DNA of 64,000 bases from Candidatus Hydrogenedens sp. (GCA_049968235.1 JBMFRC010000002.1:1-64000); one strand, 5' to 3'; counted from the stretch's first letter, positions 28,821-39,280 are shown. Made by a program: numbers and translations. The notes: a model not told the origin generated them from the letters alone.

Positions 28821-29761
28821 AGATTTTCTCCATGTTCTTCTATAAATTTTATTACTTGTTCCAACGAATGCACACCATTGCTCCCCCCCATAACTTGAAC
28901 GGTTAAGGCACCTACAGCATTTGCTAATTGTGCACATTTTTTGAGAGGATAGCCTGATACATACCCATACAAAAAGCCTCCACACGAGGCATCTCCCGCT
29001 CCTGTTGTATCTATCACAGGGACCGAATAGGCAGGTAACCGAATCGACTCATGATTACTCTTTACCAAAACCCCTTGTTCTCCCATCTTAATCACGGCAA
29101 TTTCTACCCCATAACTTAAATAGAAATCTGCAATATCGGAAGGTTCCTGTTTCCCTGTATAATGACGAGCCTCTTCCAAACTTGAAAAGACAATATGTGT
29201 ATGCTTTAAAGCAGGTTCAATGTGAGGTAACCATATTCCTTTTCCGTCATAGCAAGTATCTATTGAGGTTTTCACTCCCATTGTACGGGCTTTCTCAAAA
29301 ATCCTTCCAATTGGCTCACCATCTAACCGGGGCGTGATAGAACTTCCTCCCCAATGTAAAATTTTTGCAGAAGCGATGACATTAAAATCCAAATCTTCTT
29401 CACTTACACTTGCATTTGTTCCCACATGATGTAAAAAAGTCCTCTCACCACTGGAATTTATCAACACTACTGTTGCAGATGAACTATATTCCTTTGTGCG
29501 TTTTACTCCTTGAACATTAACCCCCGCCGAATTCAAAGCATTCAAAATAAAGTCCCCGAAACGGTCTTCTCCCAATTGTCCAATAAATGCAGACTTTCCA
29601 CCTAATTTACTAAATACAACTGCGGTAACTCCTGCAAGACCACCTAAATGTATCTCCAATTGAGGAACTAATGATAGAGTTCCTTTTGGCGGGAAAGTAT
29701 CAACAGGTTTTACCATTACATCCGCACAAACAACACCAACCGTTACAAGGTCAAACCGCAT
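28817..29761 (-). CDS. PfkB-family carbohydrate kinase
   Basis: The ribokinase-like motif DTTGAGDASCGGFLYG and an N-terminal GG motif context. AAAGAGG lies 9 nt upstream. Confidence 0.7.
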   Translation of the reverse strand: MRFDLVTVGVVCADVMVKPVDTFPPKGTLSLVPQLEIHLGGLAGVTAVVFSKLGGKSAFIGQLGEDRFGDFILNALNSAGVNVQGVKRTKEYSSSATVVLINSSGERTFLHHVGTNASVSEEDLDFNVIASAKILHWGGSSITPRLDGEPIGRIFEKARTMGVKTSIDTCYDGKGIWLPHIEPALKHTHIVFSSLEEARHYTGKQEPSDIADFYLSYGVEIAVIKMGEQGVLVKSNHESIRLPAYSVPVIDTTGAGDASCGGFLYGYVSGYPLKKCAQLANAVGALTVQVMGGSNGVHSLEQVIKFIEEHGENL

Positions 29762-30327
29762 TACCAGTTCCTCTTTAATTCTTCAATATTTTTATTGCCC
29801 AAATATGCCCAAATGTAACATCAGTATATCAATATTTCTTTTAAAATGCAAAGAAGAAATAAATAAGATCCATAATAATATTTTGATAATACCTGTATAC
29901 AGAAGCAATTTTTGCTATATGGACACAACAACGGCCCTTCATACAGATAATAGTAACCATAATACAGATTCATGAATGTACAGTATCCTGCGCACATTAT
30001 TATTTTAATAGTAAAAAACATCGTTTTAGTAAGCGGAATGATTTATAATATTATCTTTATGAATTATCCTATTTATAAATACACACTTCCATATCTTCTA
30101 TTCGTCCCATTTCTCTCTTTTTAACTATGACACTGATTTATCTTTAAGATATATCTTTTTTCTTGATTTAAAACATTAAAAAATGTTATTATTGCACCAC
30201 TGGGCTGTAAAATGATGGGTTAATAATTTCTTTTACTTGTCTGAAGAGCTATCTAATCCTAAAAAAATAAATTTCTTTTTGTTTTTACAATAAATATATT
30301 TATATTTGAACATAGGTAAAATCAAAA
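29762..30327. promoter_or_regulatory. 566-bp AT-rich non-coding divergent region
   Basis: It separates divergent starts at 29761 (minus) and 30328 (plus). Only a low-complexity 66-aa ORF is predicted within it. Confidence 0.4.
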
Positions 30328-32256
30328 GTGGATTCAGAAGAATTCTTAAAAATCTTTAATGAAGCAATAGGTTTTGCATCCATCGGTCTTGTTAGATACC
30401 GTATGAATGGAGAGATTATCTTTATAGACCGAAATGCATTGAAACTCTTTGAGGTAGATAGTCTTTATTCATCTCCTGAGGAAGTTATCGGGAAAAATAT
30501 ATCCGATTTACAAAAATATATCCTTCCTCCAGGTTCCATTCGCAAAAAACTTCAAGAGGAGGGTTCCTTGAAGGCATTTGAGTATCCTCTGGAAACAATT
30601 CAAGGACGTAAAAAGTGGTTTCTACACTATTCATATTTAACCCGAGATGAACGACTTCAAGAAGATTGTATACAGGTAATTTTGCAGGATATAACAGAAC
30701 TCAAAGAAACAAAATTAAATTTAGAGTGGGCTTTAAATCGTTTTGATGCTATTCTCAACACAGTGAATAAGATTGCTATCCAGAGTTTTGATAAAGATTA
30801 TAATGTAATCCTGTGGAACAAGTATTCCGAAAGTTTATATGGAATTAGGGCAAAAGATATTAAAAATATTGATGACTTAAGAGATTGCTATAGTGACTAT
30901 CAAATTAAAACACTGAAAAGCCATCTGGACCAATTATTTAACGGGAAGAGAATAAATGGGCTTTTTCTATGGGATATACGAAATAAAAGAGGGGAAGAAA
31001 AATGGATACATTTCACTTTGATGCCTGTTATCCGTGAGAATAAAATAGATGAGGTAATATGTATTCAAATTGATACTACGGAAGAGTTTCAGCAGCGTAA
31101 AGAACGGGATAAAGTTTTAGCCCAGATGGAACATGTCCGTAGATTAGAGAGTATTGGTGTTTTGGCTTCAGGAATTGCTCATGAATTTAATAACATTCTT
31201 ATGGGCATAATGGGGCATGCTGAACTTGCATTGATGAACAGTGAAAACCTACCCAAACGCATTCAGGATAATCTTGAACAAATCCGAAAATCGACAGAAA
31301 GAGCTGCAAAATTAACACGGCAATTACTCACCTATTCCGGTAAAGAGCGGGAATCCATACAAGTCTTTGATTTCAACGATATGGTCAATCACACCGTAGA
31401 TACATTTTATCCTTCACTTCATAGAGGGGTTCGTTTCCTTCAGCAACTACACCCCAATCTTCCCCTCGTTGAAGGCGATTCTTCCCAGATACACCAGAGC
31501 ATTTCTCATTTGCTGGTCAATGCATTGGAAGCACTACCCACCAAAGGAGGGACAATTACAGTCCAAACAGGGAAGAAGACTTTATCCATTGATGACTTAC
31601 AAAACTTACACTTTGCGGACAAAGCCCAACCTGGAGATTATGTTTTTATTTCTATATCCGATACCGGTTGTGGTATTAAAGAAGAAGATATGGAACGTAT
31701 TTTTGAGCCTTTTTTCTCAAGTAAGTTTTTGGGAAGAGGTTTGGGCTTAGCATCGGTATCCGGCGTAATTCGGACCCATAAAGGGGCTATTAAGGTGGAA
31801 AGTAAAATAGGGCAGGGTTCTACTTTTACTCTCTTCTTCCCATGTTTTGGTTCTCATAGAGAACGAACATTCCCAGAAAAGGCTCTCATCCTTATTATAG
31901 ATGACGAAGAGGATGTTCAGAAATTTTTTAGTGTTATACTTCAAAAAGAAGGCTATGAAGTTATCTCTGCCATCAATGGTATCGAAGGTATAGAAAAAGT
32001 AAAGATTTATCGGGAACAGATACAACTTATTATTCTGGATATAAAAATGCCGGGCTTGAATGGAATAGAAACCCTTCGACAAATCCGTAAAATTTTATCT
32101 GATGTACCCGTGATTATTTCTACAGGGTATTCAGAAGATAGCATTAATACTTTCGACCCGAAACTAAAAATAAATGATTTTCTTACCAAACCCTTCGGAA
32201 CTAAAGATATTCTTCAAAAAATAAAAATCTGTATTTCTAATCCTCACCGTAAGTAA
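30328..32256 (+). CDS. Soluble multi-PAS hybrid sensor histidine kinase with C-terminal receiver
   Basis: H-box IAHEFNNILMGIMGHAEL, G-box DTGCGI...GRGLGL, and a C-terminal REC domain (LIIDDEEDV...LDIKMPGLNG). No TM segment. GTG start. Confidence 0.7.
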   Translation: MDSEEFLKIFNEAIGFASIGLVRYRMNGEIIFIDRNALKLFEVDSLYSSPEEVIGKNISDLQKYILPPGSIRKKLQEEGSLKAFEYPLETIQGRKKWFLHYSYLTRDERLQEDCIQVILQDITELKETKLNLEWALNRFDAILNTVNKIAIQSFDKDYNVILWNKYSESLYGIRAKDIKNIDDLRDCYSDYQIKTLKSHLDQLFNGKRINGLFLWDIRNKRGEEKWIHFTLMPVIRENKIDEVICIQIDTTEEFQQRKERDKVLAQMEHVRRLESIGVLASGIAHEFNNILMGIMGHAELALMNSENLPKRIQDNLEQIRKSTERAAKLTRQLLTYSGKERESIQVFDFNDMVNHTVDTFYPSLHRGVRFLQQLHPNLPLVEGDSSQIHQSISHLLVNALEALPTKGGTITVQTGKKTLSIDDLQNLHFADKAQPGDYVFISISDTGCGIKEEDMERIFEPFFSSKFLGRGLGLASVSGVIRTHKGAIKVESKIGQGSTFTLFFPCFGSHRERTFPEKALILIIDDEEDVQKFFSVILQKEGYEVISAINGIEGIEKVKIYREQIQLIILDIKMPGLNGIETLRQIRKILSDVPVIISTGYSEDSINTFDPKLKINDFLTKPFGTKDILQKIKICISNPHRK

Positions 32257-32275
32257 TAACCTTTACAAAATATAT

Positions 32276-33232
32276 TCATTCCTGCACTAAATTTACAATC
32301 ATCTTTTCTCGGGCTTTAATTAAATTTGTTAATAGCCCATTGATAGGACAGTCTATATGTAATTCTTTACCAATTTTTACAATGGCTCCGTTCAGGGCAT
32401 CTATTTCTGTCTTCTTCCCTTGCTTTAAATCTTCCCGCATACTTGCATAATGTTCTGCTGTCGGTGGAATTAATTTATAAAACAGTAACTGGATATATTC
32501 CTCCGGAGTAGAAATTATCATTGGGACATTTTTCTTTTGAGCCACCGCATATAGTTCATGAATTACATTCTTCATTATTATTTGCGTTTCTTCTGTTTCC
32601 ATCAACCTTCCATAAGGGACATCCAGTAAAGCGGATAACGGATTTAATGCAGAGTTATATGCAACTTTCGCCCAAATTAAACCCTCTATATTTTCGGTAT
32701 ATATTGTTGGAATACCTGATTTATTCATCGTTTCTGCAATGTTTCGCACAATTGATTCATCCGGACCCTGTTCCAATCTACCTAATGCAGTCGGCTCTGC
32801 AATCACAGTTACCTGAACAAATCCAGGTTTTAATATTCGACTGCCAAAAATAACCCGGGCTGGAATTGTTCTTTTCATCCCTAAAAATTCTGCTATCTTT
32901 TCAACATTTCCTAATCCGTTTTGATATGAACATACCAATGTATTGTTCGAGATAATAGGAAGAATATCTCGGATTGCTTGTTCTGTATCGTAAGATTTTA
33001 CAGATAAAAGGACTAAATCTATATTTCCTTTCCATTCTTCTTGAACCTTTGTGAATATCGGCAGATTGGGGATATGATGATTGCCCCAGATACCTGAAAT
33101 ATATAACCCCTCCCTCTGTATAGCCTCTACCATTTCAGGTCTTCCCACAAGAAAAACATCATGCCCCGCTTTTTTCATAAATCCACCAACAACACTACCT
33201 AATGCACCTGCTCCAATTATTAAAATCTTCAT
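32276..33232 (-). CDS. panE: 2-dehydropantoate 2-reductase family (ApbA/PanE)
   Basis: Rossmann N-terminus MKILIIGAGALGSVVGG and the KPR family layout. Confidence 0.55.
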   Translation of the reverse strand: MKILIIGAGALGSVVGGFMKKAGHDVFLVGRPEMVEAIQREGLYISGIWGNHHIPNLPIFTKVQEEWKGNIDLVLLSVKSYDTEQAIRDILPIISNNTLVCSYQNGLGNVEKIAEFLGMKRTIPARVIFGSRILKPGFVQVTVIAEPTALGRLEQGPDESIVRNIAETMNKSGIPTIYTENIEGLIWAKVAYNSALNPLSALLDVPYGRLMETEETQIIMKNVIHELYAVAQKKNVPMIISTPEEYIQLLFYKLIPPTAEHYASMREDLKQGKKTEIDALNGAIVKIGKELHIDCPINGLLTNLIKAREKMIVNLVQE

Positions 33233-33271
33233 TTACATTACTCCTTGGAGGAAAAATAACAATCTGTTTAT

Positions 33272-36010
33272 TTATTTCCAATTTTTCTTAACTATATCTA
33301 TTATCTCAGTAGGGAAATAGGGTTTGCGAAGTGAAGCTACTACAATATCCCTATGCTTCTGGATAATATCATCTGATATGGGCGGTCCACTACTAAGAAC
33401 AACAGGGATTTTCAGTTCTTTTTGTCTTATCTCATTAAGTAATTCTTCCCATTCTTGAATGTCTATATTTAAAATTAATAGTTTCACATCATAATCTGGA
33501 TCGTTTATTACTTCTATCGCTCTGACTTTATCACTTACTGGTATAGTATCAAACCCCCTAAAAGATAGGATTCTTCTGACCAATTCACTTACTATAGGTT
33601 CTTTATCATAAACAACAACGACCTCTTTACATGTATCCTGTACACTAAACTCTATATCATCGGAATCAGTCTCTACGGAGGCATCGGAAGAAACCCATGG
33701 GATAACCACATACATTTTTGTCCCCACATCTACTTTACTCTCAACCTTCATCCCCCCCTGGTGACTGCGAACAATCCCTAATACATATGACAGACCAAGT
33801 CCCCTGCCTAAAAATTTACTGCTATAAAATGGTTCAAATATTTTATTTATATCTTTGGACTCAATACCACAACCTGTATCCTCAACTACAATTTCTACAT
33901 ACTTCCCTTCTGGCAAATTCTTTCCGTCTAACACAAAGGAAGAAAACATCTCTCTGTTATAGTCAACAACACGGGTGGAAATATTTATGAGTCCGTCTTT
34001 ATTTCCTATTGCTTCCACAGAGTTTGTTACAAGACCTAAAATGATCTGCCGTATTAGTACCTCATCACATAATACACCTGTATCTTCTTTACAAAGATTG
34101 ATATTCAACTTAATCCTTTTTACAGTCGTTTCCAGGACAGATACCATGCCTCGAATAATAGTATTTATTTTATGCATCTTCTTATGAACAGCAAAACCCT
34201 TACCCGCATATATCATCATTTGTTTACATAGTTCTTTTGCTTGAGATATTGCCTTTTCTATCTCTATATGATGTAAGACTACCCCATAAGGTACAATACT
34301 TGTTTCAAAAGGATACTCTGCCTCTTCTAAATCCAAATGTCCCTGCATAACCATTAATAGGTTATTAAAATCATGGGCAATACCTCCCACAATAGCCCCT
34401 AAACTTTCCCATTTCTGTAACTGTCTTATATGTTCTTCCTGCTTTTTCCGTTCTGTAATATCTCGAAGTATTCCCGCAATGCCCTTTACTTTTCCTCGAT
34501 GGCTATAAAGTGGGAAGAATGAACATTCAACAATCCTCTCTTCTTCCTTCTTATCTAATTTCAATTTCCACTCACATAAACCTATATCTTTCTTTTTCTC
34601 CTTTATCTCATTGAGCCGATTTAGGAATCGGCTTTGTTCTTCTGGTTCTACAAACTCAACAAATTTCCGATTTAATAAAGATTTTAATCGTGCTTTTCGT
34701 AATATTTTCAAGAAAGATGGATTGGCAAATTTAATATTTTCTTCCAAATCCATCTCAAAATATCCTTCCCCTAAATTTTCAATTATTCCCCGATAGAATA
34801 ATTCGCTCTTCTTTAATGAATCTTGTGCTATAACTTCTTCGGTAATATCACGAATTAAACTATCATATCCTACGAAATTACCCTCTCTATCGAAAATAAG
34901 TATGGAGGTATTTCGTATCCACCGTATTTGACCATCTTTCCGGATAATTCGATGGACAATAGGTCCCTGAAATTCACCTCTTGTAATAGCATTTGCATAA
35001 TTCAAAACAATTTCTTTATCCTCATCATAAACCATTGAATACCAGAGATACGGATTCGTATAAAATTCTTCCGGTTTATAGCCGGTCACCGCTTCACAAC
35101 CCGGAGAATGAATGGTTTCAATTACCCTTCCATTTTCTATCTTTACATGATAGAAATAGTCCATAATGGCTTCTACCATGCGACGATATCTCTCTTCGCT
35201 TTCTCGTAATTCCCGTTCTATTTTCATGCGTTCACGCATATCTTCCCCAATAGATACGACCCATATACGATTAAACATAGTTAGTTCTATAGGCACATCA
35301 AGCCAGCGAATAGAAACCTCCTGTCCTTCTTTCGTAAATAAAGGATGTTCCCCTAAATAAGGTTTGGGATTTAATCGCATATTTTTCACATACTTCTTCA
35401 CAGCCGATTTCCATGCATCGGGTATTACGAACTCCAGAAAATCCTTACCTATTACTTCTGAAGAGGAATATCCTAATACTTTTTCTCCTTCTTTATTTAT
35501 ACCTAAAATTTTCGTACAATTGTCTTCTGTAATTTCCCAGAAAAAGAATATAAGAGGAATATCTTTAAATATAAAACTTAACGCATCACCAAACATTTTA
35601 AGATAATCGTTATTTGTCCGCTCACATACAAGAGTTATATCTACCCAACACCATCCTGTAAGAATATCATTATCGTTCTCCTGTAATATCCAACCCTCTA
35701 ACATTGCCCATTTAGAAGAACCTTTTTGTGTAATAAAAGGATACTCATTTATACAAATATGTCCAGTTTTCTTGATTTCTAATAACACCTCTGAAAAAGG
35801 ATTTATTAGTTGAATAACCTCACCAATATATTTACCCTCGATAACATCAATATTTTCTTCAAAAGTAGAAACTTCCCAGATAGATAACATTTTTGTATCT
35901 ATAGATAATATCTTTCCTTCCCCATCCAATATTAGAAAACCAATGTTTGCATTTTCCCTAAGAAGGGATAACCATTCTCCCATTTGATTTTTTGACAAGT
36001 TTAATGACAT
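33272..36010 (-). CDS. Soluble multi-PAS hybrid histidine kinase with atypical C-terminal receiver-like domain
   Basis: At least four PAS-like modules, H-box IAHDFNNLLMVMQGHLDL, and G-box DTGCGI...GRGLGL. The C-terminal REC-like region lacks a clear DD pair and MPxxDG. Confidence 0.7.
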   Translation of the reverse strand: MSLNLSKNQMGEWLSLLRENANIGFLILDGEGKILSIDTKMLSIWEVSTFEENIDVIEGKYIGEVIQLINPFSEVLLEIKKTGHICINEYPFITQKGSSKWAMLEGWILQENDNDILTGWCWVDITLVCERTNNDYLKMFGDALSFIFKDIPLIFFFWEITEDNCTKILGINKEGEKVLGYSSSEVIGKDFLEFVIPDAWKSAVKKYVKNMRLNPKPYLGEHPLFTKEGQEVSIRWLDVPIELTMFNRIWVVSIGEDMRERMKIERELRESEERYRRMVEAIMDYFYHVKIENGRVIETIHSPGCEAVTGYKPEEFYTNPYLWYSMVYDEDKEIVLNYANAITRGEFQGPIVHRIIRKDGQIRWIRNTSILIFDREGNFVGYDSLIRDITEEVIAQDSLKKSELFYRGIIENLGEGYFEMDLEENIKFANPSFLKILRKARLKSLLNRKFVEFVEPEEQSRFLNRLNEIKEKKKDIGLCEWKLKLDKKEEERIVECSFFPLYSHRGKVKGIAGILRDITERKKQEEHIRQLQKWESLGAIVGGIAHDFNNLLMVMQGHLDLEEAEYPFETSIVPYGVVLHHIEIEKAISQAKELCKQMMIYAGKGFAVHKKMHKINTIIRGMVSVLETTVKRIKLNINLCKEDTGVLCDEVLIRQIILGLVTNSVEAIGNKDGLINISTRVVDYNREMFSSFVLDGKNLPEGKYVEIVVEDTGCGIESKDINKIFEPFYSSKFLGRGLGLSYVLGIVRSHQGGMKVESKVDVGTKMYVVIPWVSSDASVETDSDDIEFSVQDTCKEVVVVYDKEPIVSELVRRILSFRGFDTIPVSDKVRAIEVINDPDYDVKLLILNIDIQEWEELLNEIRQKELKIPVVLSSGPPISDDIIQKHRDIVVASLRKPYFPTEIIDIVKKNWK

Positions 36011-36060
36011 CGCGATTTCCTATTTTACCGTATTTTACTAATTTTATGCATATTAACTAT

Positions 36061-36091
36061 TAATTATATTATACTGCTAATTATATTATAC
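36061..36091. repeat. Perfect 14-bp direct repeat TAATTATATTATAC x2 separated by 3 bp
   Basis: Copies at 36061-36074 and 36078-36091. They sit in the 75-bp gap between the two minus-strand hybrid kinase genes, and the second copy overlaps the upstream kinase stop codon. Confidence 0.8.
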
Positions 36092-39000
36092 CGTGTCCCC
36101 TATTACACTTTTCAATAGTTTTATCAAATCAAATGGACGGTAAGGTTTTTGAATAAATCCCGAAGGTTTTATCCCTTCGAACCTCTGATGAACATCCTGT
36201 TCCGGGAAACCACTACATAAGATAACCGGTATATTCTTGTTAACTTTTTTTATTTCCTGAAAGACTTCTAAACCATCTAATTCGGGCATTGTTAAATCTA
36301 GAACTACCGCTGTTAATTCACTTTTATATTTATTAAAAAGTTCCAATGCTTCTCTTCCATTCCGGGCTAAAATTGTCTTATAACCAAATTGGGTAAGAGA
36401 TTCATTGGCTACCTCCAGTACACTTTCTTCATCATCCACCACTAAAATGGCACTTGAAATTTTTCCTGTTTCGAACATCTCCTTTTCATATTTTTTTTGC
36501 TCTTCCTCCTGCACCATTTCTTCTTTCTTTATTGTTTCGGATACAGGGAAATAGACCTTAAAGCAAGTCCCTTTACCAGGTTCACTATACACATTAATAG
36601 TCCCTTTATGTCCTCGAACAATTCCAAGAACGGAAGCAAGACCTAAACCCCTTCCGGCAAATTTTGTAGAAAAAAATGGGTCAAAAATTCTAGGTATTAC
36701 TTCCTTACTCATCCCACTGCCTGTATCAGATACTTCAAGACAAATGTATTTACCGGGTTCTACTGGTTCAAAATAATACGATTCCTTTATATGTTCTCTG
36801 GTTAAATCAACAACTTTGATTTGAATAACTATCTTACCGGGGGATTCGCCAAGAGATTCTGAAGCATTCGTAATTAGATTCATTAAAACCTGATGCAATT
36901 GAATGGCATCACCATGAATAGAAGGCAAATTATCAGGACAGTCATATTCGACAATTGCCTTTTTTGATACAATTGCTGATAATAAAGGCTTCATCTCTTC
37001 AACCAATCGAGATAAATTCAACGGTCTTGTTGCAATAACTCCTTTACCGGAATACGCTAACATTTGATTGGTCAACTCTGCTGCCCTTTGAGCGGATTCT
37101 TCAATTCTCTTGAGGTAAGTTCGTATGGGAGAATCGTCAGGTAATCGAGCAAGAGCCAATTCTGCATTGCCCAGAATCCCTACTAAAATGTTGTTATAAT
37201 CATGAGCAATTCCTCCGGCAAGGACTCCCAAACTTTCCAATTTTTGGGCATACAAAATTTGCATTTCTAATCTTTTCCGTTCCTCTTCTGCTCTTCTTCG
37301 GTCGGTAATATCACGGGCAATTCCCTGAATACCGACAGGCTTCTCTTTTTCGTAAATAAGTCTTGTGCTAACTTCCAAAGGAATTCTGTGGCCATCTTTA
37401 GCAATAATTTCTACTTCATATTTCGTAGGAGGAGCACCCACTAATTTTTTACGAATTTGTTCTTTGACTTCATTATGATATTCGGGAGCCAGAATATCAA
37501 AGGCATTCATATTTAGTGCCTCTTCCAAACTATAGCCAGTTATATGTATCCCTGCTTTGTTCAGTGAGGTAAATCTACCTGTTAAATCATGGGTATAAAC
37601 AATATCATTGGCATTTTCAAATAATTCTTTATACCGTTCTTCTGCTTTTTGTATCGTTTCAATGGCTTGTTTACGCCAGCGAACATCCCGTAGAAATACC
37701 ATATAAAAGGAGCGACTGGCAAGCAGAAAGTGCCCTACAATAAATTCCGTCGGGATTCTTTCCCCTTTCAAATTCTCTATTTCAATTTCTTGAATATCCG
37801 ATGTCTTAATTTCTTCATTTTGACCTAATTTATTTACCCATTCATACCAATTCGGAATAAATCGTTGAATTTTATTTTTTAGTAGTTCTTCTTCATAGTC
37901 AGCCCCCAATAATCGGATACCCCCTCGATTTATACCTATGATTTCACCCGTTTCATCCACAGAAAGCAATGCATAGGGAAGCATTTGTTCTAACAATTCG
38001 TATTGACGCCCCTGTCTTCTCTGTAATTCTAAGACTTCATACCAGAGGAATAACCACCCTACTTCACAGGAAATCGAATTCAAAAGAGGAATAATTTCTC
38101 CATCAAGCATATCTTTACGGGTTGTTGCCAAAACGACACAACCTACGGGATTTTCACTGGTTCGTATGGGAATTGCAAATATTTTTGCAAAACCCCGCTC
38201 ACGCAAATTTACTGGAAAACTATCTACCATAGAAGAAATTTCTATTACATCATTACTGGAAAATATTGTCTCAATTACCAGATTATTTTTAGACACATGC
38301 TGTAATAATTTTGTAATTTTATCCTCCAGACCCTCCGCTGAAACTAAAGTAATCTCCCTTGGATTTAATTTAAAAATAGCTCCAGCCTCCATAGATGTAA
38401 TTTCTATTGCACTGTGCAAAATTTTAGAGAACGCTTCTTCTTCAGGGATACCGTGAACAAGGTCCCCGCATAACCAATGGAATTGATTTTTTATAACTCG
38501 AATACCTCGCATAAAGAACTTTTCCCGATGGGGTGTGCTTAACTCCTGACCTAATATAAGCATAGATTGCACCCCCTGCCCCTGTTTCACCGGGAAGCAT
38601 GCCCATAACATTAATAGTTTCTTTTTATCCTTTGTTACAATTTCCCCTTCAAATAAAATGTCATTGGTATTCGTTTTTAATCTATTTGCTTGAAAAAATT
38701 GTATGGTTTCTTCGCATATTTCATCTGGCACAAATGTTTCAAACCAATTCTTGCCCAGAACTTCAGAAGGGAGCCATCCTGTTAAATTTTTAATGTATTC
38801 GTTGACATATAAAACTTCTCCGGAAGAATTAATTTGAATTACTAATATAGAGAAATGTTCTAAAATTTTTAAAATATGTGCATCTTCTTCCAAAAGAGTA
38901 TCTAACAGTTTCTCATCTGTAATAGGATAAATAAAAAATAAAATTTTATGTAGGTTACTTTTTTCATCTTTAATATGTATTCCAAAACTACCCCAATTGT

Positions 39001-39280
39001 CAGTAGAACTGCTCCTGTTTTTTTTCTGTATTCTTTTTTTCCAAATCTGCATCCAGTATTGTGATGAAGATGGAATTATATTTTCTCCTCGTGGGTAACA
39101 TACTTCAACAAATTCGTTCAACAAATGTGTCTCCAATTTAATGCCTCGCACAGAACCTATTAGCCGTCTCTTCGTCTCCTTATCACAATATTCAATAGTC
39201 CCATCCGCCGAGCAAATAAGGAAACTTACTGTGGAATTTTTCAATAACTGGATAACATCTCTTATTTTAAGGGTTGACAT
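36086..39280 (-). CDS. Soluble PAS/GAF hybrid histidine kinase with C-terminal receiver
   Basis: H-box IAHDYNNILVGILGNAELAL, G-box DTGSGM...GRGLGL, and REC VVDDEESV...LDLTMPELDG. Multiple PAS and a GAF-like module, with no TM segment. Confidence 0.7.
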   Translation of the reverse strand: MSTLKIRDVIQLLKNSTVSFLICSADGTIEYCDKETKRRLIGSVRGIKLETHLLNEFVEVCYPRGENIIPSSSQYWMQIWKKRIQKKNRSSSTDNWGSFGIHIKDEKSNLHKILFFIYPITDEKLLDTLLEEDAHILKILEHFSILVIQINSSGEVLYVNEYIKNLTGWLPSEVLGKNWFETFVPDEICEETIQFFQANRLKTNTNDILFEGEIVTKDKKKLLMLWACFPVKQGQGVQSMLILGQELSTPHREKFFMRGIRVIKNQFHWLCGDLVHGIPEEEAFSKILHSAIEITSMEAGAIFKLNPREITLVSAEGLEDKITKLLQHVSKNNLVIETIFSSNDVIEISSMVDSFPVNLRERGFAKIFAIPIRTSENPVGCVVLATTRKDMLDGEIIPLLNSISCEVGWLFLWYEVLELQRRQGRQYELLEQMLPYALLSVDETGEIIGINRGGIRLLGADYEEELLKNKIQRFIPNWYEWVNKLGQNEEIKTSDIQEIEIENLKGERIPTEFIVGHFLLASRSFYMVFLRDVRWRKQAIETIQKAEERYKELFENANDIVYTHDLTGRFTSLNKAGIHITGYSLEEALNMNAFDILAPEYHNEVKEQIRKKLVGAPPTKYEVEIIAKDGHRIPLEVSTRLIYEKEKPVGIQGIARDITDRRRAEEERKRLEMQILYAQKLESLGVLAGGIAHDYNNILVGILGNAELALARLPDDSPIRTYLKRIEESAQRAAELTNQMLAYSGKGVIATRPLNLSRLVEEMKPLLSAIVSKKAIVEYDCPDNLPSIHGDAIQLHQVLMNLITNASESLGESPGKIVIQIKVVDLTREHIKESYYFEPVEPGKYICLEVSDTGSGMSKEVIPRIFDPFFSTKFAGRGLGLASVLGIVRGHKGTINVYSEPGKGTCFKVYFPVSETIKKEEMVQEEEQKKYEKEMFETGKISSAILVVDDEESVLEVANESLTQFGYKTILARNGREALELFNKYKSELTAVVLDLTMPELDGLEVFQEIKKVNKNIPVILCSGFPEQDVHQRFEGIKPSGFIQKPYRPFDLIKLLKSVIGDTV

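Noticed and set aside
29821-30021. 66-aa Cys/Tyr-rich ORF in the 566-bp intergenic region
   Set aside because: The translation is AT-rich repetitive sequence (YYGYYYLY). No RBS and no plausible fold. I treat the region as non-coding.
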